Part shown: in pieces, positions 36,257 through 48,739 of the stretch
How the letters are laid out: each line of letters starts with the position of its first letter
Numbering within the stretch: the stretch's first letter is position 1
NCBI GenBank assembly: GCA_002269645.1
Contig: NIVC01000199.1
Coordinates: 731,069-795,068 of the forward strand
Origin: Macrostomum lignano
Lineage: Eukaryota
Length of the DNA: 64,000 bases
Direction: 5' to 3'
Notes under the pieces: model-generated
Seen by the model: the letters and a program-made list of their open reading frames with translations, nothing else
Told to the model about the DNA's origin: nothing
The model's database searches: none
Translations under genes and position numbers: made by a program

Positions 36257-37207
36257 GAGCCGCCACGCCGTCACTACAGAGGACGAGTTTTAGAACTCCT
36301 TGGGGGTCAGCGAGTCAAGCTGCTTATCATTGACTTCGGCTTCGAGCTGATAGTCGATTGGAATCAGTGCGCCAAACTACCAGGTAGAATTCGTTACAAA
36401 CCGCAGTGCTGCCCGTTTCTACCTGTGCGTCAGGTTAAATCCGGAGACCCAGGCATGGATCGCCTAAGTTCGCTTTGGAAGGAAGTCAACAAGAACACTT
36501 CTCCAGTCAGGGTGACGGTTACTCCTACTGAAGTTCCGGACATGGACCCAGTCGAGGTGCAAACTGCAAGAATTGACGTCAATCTGAACAACGGCGGTAG
36601 AGAGGACATCGTGGACTTTCTGCTTAGCACTGGAGCTTCGAAATGCGCTGACACGAAAACTGTTGATCTGAGCACATGCAAGTATCGAAACTGCAGAGAG
36701 GAGCTCAACTGGGACGTGGACAATATCGTCTGTGGCACGTGCACCCACGTAGAAACCGAGAATTCAGTCGAGCAGTTCGTATTCTTCCAACCGAACACTA
36801 TGCAAGCAGTCGCCGAACAACTAAAGCTAAAACTGACAATGCCCACCGACGAGCTGGAAAAATATGACGCATCCAGCTTCAAGCAATCGCCAACGCCAGT
36901 TCTTGTACAGAAAGACGAAGACGGTGCCAATTTTCAACGCGCCACGGTGGACAATGTTGACAAGACAACGTGCGACGTAACCTACGTAGATACGGGCAAA
37001 CGGCAGCAAGGTGTTCCAATTGGCAGACTCTATAAACTGCCCAGCGATCTGCTAACACTACCAACAATCTGTGTCAAGTGCCAATTGATAAGTAAAGCTA
37101 CCGGCTCCGAAACCGATGAAGTCAAAGTTGGTGACATTAAAATCTTTACTATTGTTGGAGTGGCCGATGGCGCCTACAAGATTGCCATCGTGGGGACTGG
37201 AAATTGA
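36257..37207 (+). CDS. Multi-Tudor domain protein, exon 2 (joined product 612 aa, three Tudor repeats)
   Basis: TCGCAG| acceptor, phase 0; HYRGRVL..LIIDFG; FQRATV..VTYVDTGK..LYKLP..CVKCQL. Confidence 0.85.
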   Translation, partial: EPPRRHYRGRVLELLGGQRVKLLIIDFGFELIVDWNQCAKLPGRIRYKPQCCPFLPVRQVKSGDPGMDRLSSLWKEVNKNTSPVRVTVTPTEVPDMDPVEVQTARIDVNLNNGGREDIVDFLLSTGASKCADTKTVDLSTCKYRNCREELNWDVDNIVCGTCTHVETENSVEQFVFFQPNTMQAVAEQLKLKLTMPTDELEKYDASSFKQSPTPVLVQKDEDGANFQRATVDNVDKTTCDVTYVDTGKRQQGVPIGRLYKLPSDLLTLPTICVKCQLISKATGSETDEVKVGDIKIFTIVGVADGAYKIAIVGTGN

Positions 37208-38349
37208 ACCTACCTTCGACATCATATCTAGATACTCGATATGCGAACAAAAAAACTGCTGTTTATCATACTTTCAAGTACATACAGTAACTCAAAACAA
37301 TATCTCGTACAGATGACTAGAAATTTATTCATCTGCACATTTATTTACAACAATTAGCAGCCAAATATTTAATACTACTATTTATATTCCGCAGCGCCTA
37401 TTTTTATGTAAGCTACGCGCAAAAATAATTAAAATAAACACATGTAACTTCTCAGACATATTTGTAACCAATAGGTTACATTCAAGCACACAGGGTATTA
37501 CGTGTAATGTATCAATTTGCGTGTGTATTATGTAAGTACAAATTGAAGCGACAAAAACTGACTTCGAGAAGAAGCTGCACAATCATCATTAGCATCAGTC
37601 CAACAATTTAAATGCTGGCACCGCTAGGCCCATGGCAGACAGCTTGAAGCACTTAACAGGTTTCTGTGTCGATTTTGCTTCTCGAGTGGATGACTGACAC
37701 CTGAAAAGTATTGTGAGCAACTTTCTTCGTTTGTCATTTTTACAGGAAAAATGTACACTGCTATTAATTAAGCTGTGGCGATCAGGTGGGCGAGTGCAGT
37801 GGTGATAGTACATGCAGCCCCTCAGATTACTAAAGATAAAAGGCATCATGCGCCAAACAGCATCACAACTTAGTAAACTAAAATGTAAGATCCAGGCAAA
37901 ACAGCGTGGGTGTGCTTGTTTTAAATGACGCTGCCCCAATCGCACAGGTAGTAGTTAAAAGTCCCACTTCTGACTACTTATTTAGTAATATCAGAAGAGG
38001 GTCTTTAGAGACACATTTGAGACCTGAATCATGAATCATGTACGCCCGGCCTTACAACCGGAATCACAGGCGATGCTCTTAAGTGACCGGTCAAGATTAC
38101 AGGCGATTGTAATTAAATAAGTTTTCACTCTGGTGTCATTTGGCGTCGGATTGTTAAAATTGCCTTTATAGTTATCATCATTGGGGCAATGCATTATAAT
38201 AGGTACGAGTATTTATAAAAAAACTTCAAAAGAAAGAACCTAAACTAAATAAAAACTCGTATATTGAAAAACTGTGTCTTAAGATTACTACCCTCGTATA
38301 TTATTACCAGTACCTGAGTATCAAAGAAGCTGAATATACGAGATGCTGG

Positions 38350-39372
38350 CCCAGCAACTAAAGATCTGGGAAGCTGACCCAGCTATTGAGTATTTGGGAA
38401 GCTGACCCAACAATTAAGGATCTGGGAAGCTCACCCAGCAATTAAGGATATTGGACGGTGGCTCGGCAATTCAGGATCTGGGAAGCTGACCCAGCAATTG
38501 AGGATCTGGAAAGCTGACCCAGCAATTGAGGATCTGGAAAGCTGACCCAGCAATTGAGGATCTGGGACGGTGGCTCGACAATTCAGGATCTGGAAAGCTG
38601 ACCCAGCAATTAAGGATCTGGGACGGTGGCTCGGCAATTCAGGATCTGGGAAGCTCACCCAGCAATTAAGGATATTGGACGGTGGCTCGGCAATTCAGGA
38701 TCTGGGAAGCTGACCCAGCAATTGAGGATCTGGAAAGCTGACCCAGCAATTGAGGATCTGGGACGGTGGCTCGACAATTCAGGATCTGGAAAGCTGACCC
38801 AGCAATTAAGGATCTGGGACGGTGGCTCGGCAATTCAGTATCTGGGAAGCTGACCCAGCAACTGAGTATCTGGGAAGCTGACCCAGCAATTGAGGATCTG
38901 GGACGGTGGCTCGGCAATTCAGGATCTGGGAAGCTGACCCAGCAATTGAGGATCTGGGACGGTGGCTCGGCAATTCAGTATCTGGGAAGCTGACCCAGCA
39001 ACTGAGTATCTGGGAAGCTGACCCAGCAATTGAGGATCTGGGACGGTGGCTCGGCAATTCAGGATCTGGGAAGCTGACCTAGCAATTGAGGATCTGGGAC
39101 GGTGGCTCGGCAATTCAGGATCTGGGAAGCTGACCCAGCAATTGAGGATCTGGGACGGTGGCTCGGCAATTCAGGATCTGGGAAGCTGACCCAGCAATTG
39201 AGGATCTGGGACGGTGGCTCGGCAATTCAGGATCTGGGAAGCTGACCCAGCAATTGAGGATCTGGGACGGTGGCTCGGCAATTCAGGATCTGGGAAGCTG
39301 ACCCAGCAATTGAGGATCTGGGACGGTGGCTCGGCAATTCAGGATCTGGGAAGCTGACCTAGCAATTGTGGA
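38350..39372. repeat. 28-bp tandem repeat evolving into a 56-bp dimer (GCTGACCCAGCAATTGAGGATCTGGGACGGTGGCTCGGCAATTCAGGATCTGGGAA)n
   Basis: Directly visible; lies between the convergent Tudor and RPUSD4-like genes. Confidence 0.92.
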
Positions 39373-39979
39373 TCATTTAACATGAGCATTTAACTACATA
39401 ATAATGAGTACTAAAAACGAATACTCAACACTGCTTAGTAAACAATATAGTCAGTAGGCTCAGACAATATTGGACAGTTGATTTCATAACTGAATTAGCT
39501 GGCAATCATATTAGTCAATTGAGAAATATTTTCCCTAAACACTAAAACGATTGCCAAACAGCCTGTACGAGCGACGCCAGTTATCTGATACCTTGCCGTG
39601 GAAATGCAAAAAATAGAACTGCTTGCAATCCACAGTTAAGTAAAGAAGGGCCCGCCGCTCAAGGAGCAAGTGCAATATTAGCTCCCACACTGTCCCTGGC
39701 CATTGCAGTGTCTGCGTATCGCTCGGTGAATCTGCTAAAGCGTTACGCATGTTCAAATAGCAAACCAGAGTCTCAAATTAGCGCGCCATTGTCATCATTG
39801 CCTGATTTATGAACTGTTCAAACTGTACAAATATACAAGGCTTGTTCTGTTCAGTTTGACTAGGCCTAGGCTTTGTGTCACAATATTGGGATTCTATTTT
39901 TAGCCACAGCAAGTTTGGGACTTTTTAAGTCACAATGGAAAGCATTTCCAACAACTTACTCAATCGGATTAAAAGCTAT

Positions 39980-41113
39980 TCAGATAAACTTGGATCTGAT
40001 CAATTTAATTGGCAGTCGAAGTTTCAATTGTCGCATCACCCATACAAACTGATAAGGAAACGGCGCTTTAATAACTGACACTGATGCAGAATCGCTAGGG
40101 GATTTGCTCGGATCCACTGGCACAGCAACGCGTTGGCAGTGCAAGAACAATGGCAAATCTCTAGCCCTAGCTGGCCGAATACCCAGTCTAGTTAGTGTGC
40201 TCTCCGGCAATCGTTGGGGCATCAGCCGATCTCGCATGCTCGAATACTTGTGATCACCGAGCACTGGCGTGTTCAAACCATAGCCCAGATGCACCCGGAT
40301 CTGATGCTTGCAACCTGTCAATGGTTGGACTTCAACCAGAGCGCATCGTTCGAATTTGTCAACAACTCGATACCGGGTGACAGCTTCTTTAGCTCCCGAC
40401 CTGCTCGAAGCTGTCGGCACCCGAGCTCTAGTCAGCACCGTCAAGTTGGCTTCATCGAGAGCCGACTGAGTCGGGCGTAAGGCCGCTCGCCAATCACAGT
40501 CTCTATGCTTAGCCGAAGCTGTCAACGGGATGTCAACGATGCCCTCCAACGGACTGGGCACATCGCGAGTTATACAATAATAGTACTTTTCTATACGGCG
40601 TTCTTTAAAACAGAGCTTTAAATGTCGAGCCTGCTGCTCGGTGCGAGCTAACAATACAATGCCAGTTGAAGTTCGATCGATTCGATGCACCGGGTGCAGG
40701 TGAGGACACGACAGTCGAGCCGCAAGGCCTGGCAGGTGATCGATTAAGTTAACTGATCCGCGAGCAACTGTGCCACCCTGACAGGACACATTGTAGGGCT
40801 TGTTAATTGCTACAATGCCGTATTTATCCCAGACAATGTTCTTATAAAGAAATTCGACAATTTCATCAGGCTTTAGGCTGGCGAATGACCAGGTACGCTT
40901 GTTGGGTAGAACAGACCCGTCTTCTTTGTCTATGGGATTGTTAATAGGCATTTTATCGCCTTGTTTCACTTGAGCAGACGACTCAGATTTAGCCATTTTT
41001 TCACTGTTATTAATCATCTCAGTACGAATTTTCAAAGCATAGTCAAATGCAGTGGCACTAGATGCATAGCAACGGGTGAAGGCTGGCAGTAGTGGCATCA
41101 TTGATGAAAACAT
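39980..41113 (-). CDS. RPUSD4: RluA-family RNA pseudouridine synthase, RPUSD4-like (probably mitochondrial), 377 aa, single coding exon
   Basis: NKPY, VHRIDRTSTG (catalytic Asp), TGCKHQIRVHL, PVLGDHKYS and LFLH motifs; the N-terminus resembles a mitochondrial presequence. Confidence 0.88.
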   Translation of the reverse strand: MFSSMMPLLPAFTRCYASSATAFDYALKIRTEMINNSEKMAKSESSAQVKQGDKMPINNPIDKEDGSVLPNKRTWSFASLKPDEIVEFLYKNIVWDKYGIVAINKPYNVSCQGGTVARGSVNLIDHLPGLAARLSCPHLHPVHRIDRTSTGIVLLARTEQQARHLKLCFKERRIEKYYYCITRDVPSPLEGIVDIPLTASAKHRDCDWRAALRPTQSALDEANLTVLTRARVPTASSRSGAKEAVTRYRVVDKFERCALVEVQPLTGCKHQIRVHLGYGLNTPVLGDHKYSSMRDRLMPQRLPESTLTRLGIRPARARDLPLFLHCQRVAVPVDPSKSPSDSASVSVIKAPFPYQFVWVMRQLKLRLPIKLIRSKFI

Positions 41114-41930
41114 GTTTATGTAAAATCTGCAAATAGAACATTAAAAGACAGCAAATCATATAAGTATGGATTGTTTGTTAAATAATAAAATAATTTCCTA
41201 TCTTAAACTGAAAAAATAAGCTACATTATTAAATTAACATCATACTTTCCCTGGGGCATTAGCAGCTATGAGTCAAGAGAGTTCTCAGCTAAGAATGCAT
41301 GAATCTTGTGTTAGAATTTCAGGAGCCAATAGTTACAATCTAGGAATTTCTTCAAAAGTGAAGCTAAGAAAGACAGGTGCTAAAAGTGTTGCACAATGTG
41401 GACATTCTATAATGAGTGAGTCTAACAAACCAAGACTGCAAGATATACAAAAAAGCTCCTTTGGTGTATTTTCATAACAAGATAGAAAAAGTAAAAACAT
41501 CTATTTTGAAATTTAGCAGGAGCTTAGCTTTGACATGAAACTTGCACAAAAGTAGTCACAGGTACATGATGAAATAAAGAGCAACATTAAGAGCATCTAT
41601 TATAAAGTGAAAGGTCTAATAATTATGTATTTATTTAAATTAAATGGCAGACATAAGGACTATAAGCTAAATCACTAATAAGGTGATATATATAGTTGCA
41701 CATAAAAGTGCAACTTCCTAAATTTAATCTAGCCAATGTGATAGTTTGCCATAAAATCATATACCTTTATCTAGAAGGTACTTTTGAAATAGCTTTGCAC
41801 TGTGTAAGCATATGCAATTCAAATCTTTTCTCCCTGCCTTCAAATATCTTTTTTCCTTAAGGAATGTATCCCTTAAAAATTATTGATGCTTGGTACCTGC
41901 CTTGGCTTTGGCAAAGCAAGACAAGCTAAT

Positions 41931-42718
41931 GGCTCATTCCATATAAGATGAACATTTTTGGAAAATAGAAAAAAGTCAATATTTTTGCTTGCCATTGCCT
42001 TATCAGCCAATTTTTTTTACCAAATGTTTTTTATGTGTAATATCTACAATCTAAGAATAAATAAATGATAAAATGTTGGATTAGTATGTTATCAAGTGGC
42101 AAAAAGTCATTTTTGTAAAAATTTGGACATTTTTCTAAGCAAAAGACATCATTAAGTTTGTGTACCTTTTAAAAATAAATAGAAAGCTTTGGAAGGTTGA
42201 AACAAACTATAGATAAAAGTATAGTACTTGCATCATCAGATAAAAGTATTGGTGACCAAATAATCTATTATATTTTTAATATATTGGTACCTCAAAGTTA
42301 CTGAATTGACAGAAAAAAATATGTTACGACCATAATGTTACGACCATAAGGCTGCCTTTTCTTTTGTATCTTTGTTGCCTTTTGAGTTTATATATTCTAC
42401 AAAAAGAGTATGATTACTGAAGATGTTGTTAGTCAAATTTTAAAAAATGTATTGCAAAATATCAAAAATAAAAAAATGTTATAAGACTTTTACCTTTTAG
42501 TTTCTATATGTCAAAAATCCTGTTGCTACGACCATAAGTGCCATTCAAGGTTTAATAGCATCTATACTAATGATGATATCTACATGAAACTCTATAAAAA
42601 TATTCTTGACAAAATTATCTTTCATTTAAATATTGGTTTAGTATATTCTATTATTATATTTCATTTTATAAGTAAAAATAGCCTGTCATGTTACGACCGT
42701 GCTTATATGGAATGAGCC
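41931..42718. mobile_element. Non-autonomous DNA transposon/MITE, 17-bp TIR GGCTCATTCCATATAAG, 4-bp TSD TAAT
   Basis: TIRs at 41931-41947 and 42702-42718; TAAT on both flanks; internal TTACGACC motif repeated. Confidence 0.75.
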
Positions 42719-44040
42719 TAATGATAAATGAACAAACTAAAAACTAAATTTGGTTGCAACTTATTTGTAATTAAGAACTAGCGATTCTAAGGAGCCCTAC
42801 TAAACAATTGGCTATATAGCAACAATAGCAGCTAATAGTTTGGAAGCCTATTGAATAATATATATATAAGTCATATTGCCTGATAACTAAGCAAGTTCAT
42901 TTAACTTCTATGCCTAATGGACAATGACCTCATATAAGCTCTCCTCAGAAGTTCCCTATAGCCATATCCTAAGAACAGAGCCACACAGCTTTAAAGCATA
43001 AACCCAATGTAGCTATGGTTGAATGCTAGCTTTGTAGTCTAGTGGGCCTTAACTTCAATAACCAATATAGCCACTACAACTACAACTACTGTCCATGCAT
43101 AGATTTGGGGACTTAATCAACAAAGAGTTACAATGCCATATGCATGTTGCAGTTGTGTGGTAGTGGCTAAATTTAGGATAAATGTTTTCACTTTTAATAC
43201 AAGATAAGATCTTTAAGTCCCTAGGGTCAAAGATTCAAACAACATTTTTGATATTGTACAAACATTGTAGTTTAAATAGGGCTTAAGTTAAGATGAATAA
43301 AGCCAATGGGAAGGTCACCTAGCATTTGCCATTATCAAAGAAGTAATAAGGCAATATACCTAGAAATTTGTTATATTTTTGTATGCTAGGTGCTACAAAT
43401 GCATATCAAAGGAATCAAAGAAATAACAAATGTCACTACTTTCTTACCTAGTCACTAGTTTATTTAGACTTCTCATCTGCTATTTAGCTCTCTTTGTTTA
43501 CATTGTCTCAAACAATATAGTTCAAACCTCTCTTTCTCTCTCTCCTTTTCATTTTTCTGATTGGTCAGTTTCTCATTCTTTTATAAACCTCTTATTCTCT
43601 CACCTGTTGCGTATTCAACCCTCCTTACTTTATGTCAGCCAACCTTTTTAGTTAAGCCTTTAAGTCCATTTGGCCTAGAGGCTCTTCCAAATCTGTCAAG
43701 CCATTTATTGGCTTGCTTATTCGACTAAACATGCCTAAAACAAGCTCCAAAAGTGGCCAACAAAGTTCTAGGCCTAGCAGCAAGTTTAATTGATATCTTC
43801 AAGAGTCCTAAGATATGGAATTCAGAGTTATGGCCTCAAAAGTCATAGTTTTAAGAGTTGGATAGTTGAGTTGAAACATTGTTAAGCAAAATTTGGCAGT
43901 ATGATATGCATATTTAAGTCTTTGTCTATTCTCACAAGACCTAGTTTAGCTAGTTTTAGCTTTTTATTGTTTGTGTTTTGTGACTGGTAAAGAGCAATAG
44001 GACAATGTATCAATTATAATAAATGCCAATATGGCCATAA

Positions 44041-44475
44041 GCCCCCTCACTGCCAAGGATATTATTAAGGCAATGGAATAGACTACCTATATACCAGATA
44101 TAAAATAGCTTGTATAGTTAGCAATTAAGCACAATTGCTTAGTACCATATCTTAAAGTCAATATTGCATAAATATGTATATAGTCTTATTGGAACCTTCC
44201 AAGAGACAATCCTATCTAGTGAAGACTACAAAAACTAGTTTAAACTTGATATTCAGGGCTACATTGTTGAAGTTGCTAAAGCTCCTAAGCAAGCAAATGA
44301 CTTGACACTATAACTACAATTGACATTTCAGTCTAGCAAAGTGGTCAATGCTAAACTAAATGAGCAAGTTTTCTAAGCAGCATTCTACAACAATCTAGAT
44401 ATACAGCCATGCTGGCCAAGGGACATGCTTGTTGCTAGATTTTATAGGTCCACTTTATTGAGATGGCATAGATAT
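44041..44475 (+). pseudogene. Decayed LINE ORF1-like relic
   Basis: The frame ends ..FYNNLDIQPCWPRDMLVARFY, resembling the WP-x4-RFY C-terminus of CR1/Jockey-group ORF1; six in-frame stops. Confidence 0.45.
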
Positions 44476-44727
44476 GTTTTTATGCAATATTTACATTTGG
44501 CTTTTTTTTAAAGAACATACTTACCAAATTTAAAATGTATATACTTCAATATTTATTTTCAAATTATGCCAAGAAAGTATATTTCAAGAAAATATACATT
44601 TGTTCATTAGTATTATTTTTATTTTTATAGTTTCTAAAAGCCTGATTTACCAAAGTATCCTAATTTTATTATAGGAAGCTCAAATAAATATGATTTGCAA
44701 AATTGACTATAGAGTAATTTTTGGCAT

Positions 44728-44808
44728 TTAACATTTCTTGGCATCAACCTTGACTACAGGCTTACTCTAAAACCCCATTGTGAGGCTGTTATCACCAAAT
44801 GCAGAGCA
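44728..44808 (+). pseudogene. Decayed LINE RT C-terminal fragment
   Basis: LTFLGINLDYRLTLKPHCEAVITKC matches the RT thumb motif (cf. KFLGITYDSRLSFTKHV at the window start). Confidence 0.6.
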
Positions 44809-47800
44809 CTTATTGTGCTATGGTGCTATGGTACAAACAGAGAGTGGGCCATCTCTGTACCTCTAATCTAGCCTACACTAGCAAAGAAAGCAAAAAGAAC
44901 ATTAAGCAACAACAAAGGAAATGAACAACAAACAAAAAACTTGCCAAGAAGAGTCAGAACGGCATCCAAGCTAAATCCACATAGTAAATTGTTGCATAGG
45001 TCCCACACTGTGGATAACCTATAGATGCCAATTTCAGCCAGGAACCCACATTGGGCCTGCAGACCCTAACCTAGTAGACCTCAAAAGGCTCTTAATCTTG
45101 TACCAAGCAACAATTGCTTTTCTGTGCTTTTGTCAATAGTTTGATTTTTTTTATATACCCATGAAAAAATCATGCATCCCGTGTCTAAACCCAATTCAAA
45201 TATTTCTTCTACTTTCACTATTTATAGTAGCATCTAGAGAAGAAAGCCATTATAAATGATTACTAAAATGACAAAAATAAAAGTTTAAAAGAATGTCACC
45301 ATTTGGGCTAGAACAGTGCATAGGCTCACTCTTATCTATTATCAGGCTCTCAATTAGCTATACTCACAAATATCTATTAAACAAAATAAATAGCTTTTAC
45401 TACCTTTATACTACATTTTTTCTTCCAAATTTTTTTATACAAAATAACTATTATTGCAAACCTTCAAATAATGCTCATTTTAATAATTTATAAATATGTA
45501 TATTGCAGCTAAGCCCCCCCCCAAGGGCTAACCTATAACCTTACACTTTTAAGGTCAGTGCATATTAACAACAACAAAGTCATTTGATTAGAGCTATTAG
45601 AGTTGCATTGGATGATACCAATGGTTGGCATTGGCACTAATGCTATGAAATTGCTTTGAGACCATACTACAAAGCAAAGCTCTGTTATATAGGCATTAGT
45701 AATTATGACTAAAACAGAATTAAGGTCTACTATTTTTACTTTAGGAACCAAGCAACAAAAATATGATTCAAGCAAAGCCATTGATTCTAGGTTTTTTGTT
45801 TCATAGGCATGCAATGACATGTCAAAATTAAAAATGGCATACGGATTTTAATTTTAATGCTATTATGCCAAAATGGCATAATAATTTTTTGCCATTATGT
45901 TATTGTCAAATTGCCAATGCTAAATCCCTGATTCCAAATTTCAGTTTTACTTTTAAATTTGTTCAAATATTACCTTGTTTGTTGTGATAGCTGCATTTTA
46001 TCAATTTATTTGTTATGCCAATGGCATGCTGAAATAAAAAATGGCATAATGATTTTGATACTATTATGCGAAATGGCAATGAAAAACCTAGCATTGATCA
46101 ATACTAAGCAAAAGTGTATCAATACCTATTAATTGGTAAAAATAAATATATTTTGCATTGGTAAAAATTTCTTGTCTAGCTAGATATGAATCTAGAATCA
46201 TATTTATAGAATTGGCTATCTAGCAATATCATTCATTAAACTCACTATAGGGCATAGGCCTATGTACATTTTTAGCTATTAACAAGAAACTTTTCAAAAA
46301 TAAATATTTTCATATTATGCCAACATTTTAGAAATGTTTTTTTTTCAATAAAATTCCATTTATCATTAATTATTAATTGAGATGGCATAATTTATGTTGG
46401 GGCAAAAGGTTGTCTACCAGCCATTTTAAAATGGAAAGCACTTTATTTGCAATATTTGTAGCTTAGCAACAAAATATTTCTAATTCCAAACCACTTTTCT
46501 TAAAGCCCCTGGATTCATAACTAATTTTGGCCATAGAGTAGAGTAAGACATAAGCAATCCATTGTTACATATGAAAAAAGACCTTAGTCTAGCTATGGCA
46601 ATGGGATTCATGTACTATTGCTGCTACAAAGCAAAGCTGCAATGTCCAAATTGCAATCTAATTCCTGAACTGATTTACCATTTGGCAATATATTCATGTA
46701 TTCATTAATGATATAAAACTGTTACTAATAGTACTGGCACTTATCCAAAACAAATGTATGAATAAATAGTTGTTTTTAATTTATTTTGTGTCTAAATAAT
46801 AAATTTTACTAATGGTATAATGCAATTGCCATACCAAAAAACATTCATTGTAAATGAATCAATAGGGCAGGATTGCTAGCTAAATAATGATACATTTATT
46901 TGACTATTGCCACATTGGCTAAATAGTAACAAACTTATTCAACCAGTGCCAGCTAAATAAGCATTGCCTTTTCCTAACGATTTCTAACAATTTGAAGGCA
47001 GCCTCCTAGCAGTGTTGATAGACTTAATAGTTGGTTAATGGTCTTACTCTTAGCAAGAACTAATTAAAACAAAAAGCCAAAATATAAGTCAAAGTGCTTA
47101 ACTTCCTCTCCCTCTAACCAACTCATCCTTTTGGGCCATAGACATTCTTAATAAGCATCAGAGCTACATTGGACACTATAGTCCAGAAAACTATGAATAC
47201 ACACTATAGCCAAATAAAATCTCCCATAATTTTTTTTTGGTATGCCACTATAGGCCTATGCCAAACTTTTTCCAACTCAAAATTGTAATCCCAGAAAAAA
47301 CAAGCCTCATTACAAGCCTTGTTTCTGGTGTTACAATGTACCAATTGACCTTTTTTTGCTCTTTTGTTTCACTTTTTTGGTTTTTTGCTGATAGGCCTAC
47401 TCTTTGTAGCAAAACATCAATACATGCCAAGATTTCTTTCATTCTTTCAAAATAATTACTTTCCATTTTTATTTACTATTTTTTAAATTTGATTCCGTGG
47501 CAGTATGCCACTTTTTACTATTCATTTTTATATACCAGTGTAGCCAAATAAAATGCCAGATTTAAAAAAAAATTGTACACTAAGTGTATACCAAAAGCTA
47601 TGAGTCTGGATTGCAAAGCCCCTCTTCTAGACTATGGATTAGACAACATGTGTGGGATTTTTATCTTTTTAAAAAATATGTACTTTTTATTTTGCAATTT
47701 AGTCTGAAGTGTACTTTTCAGTTAGCCAACTCTCTTTGTCTACCACACTCCTCCCTATTAACAATCCTAACATAAATTTACCACAGATATTTCAGCTAGG

Positions 47801-47975
47801 CCCTAACCTATTTGCTAGGCCTATGTTAGTATAAATATAAGTTTAATTCACAGCCTAGGCCTTTCACTTCTTTTTGCCCTAGGCAGTTGTTATTTGTCTA
47901 GTGACCGTGACCAGACGTCGGATGAATAGCGATGTGGTTATTTGTCTGGTTACTAGATAATGGCCATGCTTTCTC

Positions 47976-48013
47976 CAAGGACCACTAGGCCTAGAAGACT
48001 TCTAGTGGTCTTG
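47976..48013. mobile_element. 38-bp mini-MITE, CAAGGACCAC TIR family (mirror copy 63344-63382)
   Basis: Same termini as 22175-22228; flanks GCTTTCTC/GCTTTCCC (7/8 match, 8-bp TSD). Confidence 0.65.
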
Positions 48014-48739
48014 GCTTTCCCATTTATCTAGTTAATACCAGATGAATAGGATTTTTGTTATTTGACTAGTTAAATTGATAATGCTAGTTGAAAATATCTA
48101 TTTTATAGGAACTATAAAGGTAAATATTCCTAGACTTCAAAGACTTCTTACTCGTATCTTGATTATTATGTTGTTACACTAATTGTCTAATGTATGTCAT
48201 TGTCTTTTATACCAAATTATGCTAAATTGAATACACTGCTTTTTTATACGTATACCTTAGTCGGGAAGGTAGCATAGTGTGTGCCAGAACTATTTTGATG
48301 GCTTTTGACCACTGTGCGCCGTGCGCCGTGAAGAAAATATTTTGTGCGCCGCAGCACGCCATGATAAGGTAAGTCTAAGCCAAGGTAAGGTAAGGTAAGG
48401 TAAGGTAATTAATAATTCACTGGTAAACAAATTTGAATTTATGGTAGACAAATTTGAATTTCATTTACGTATTTTACAAGCTGTTGAAACCCGCGGATTT
48501 TGAACCCGGGGAATTTCAATCCCTGGAACTATTTTTGCATGTACTCGTATTCTAAAATCTGAGGTCAAACTCAAACAAAAACTCGTTAATATATAGTTAG
48601 GTTAGAATTAAACATAAAATAGAGTACATTCGTGAAAAATTAGGATTTGAGGCAAACATTTATATTGTTGGCTGGGGTGCTGCGAACAGGCAAACTCTGG
48701 CCTCTGCCTCTCCTTATGTCCCTTGGATCCTTAAAAACT

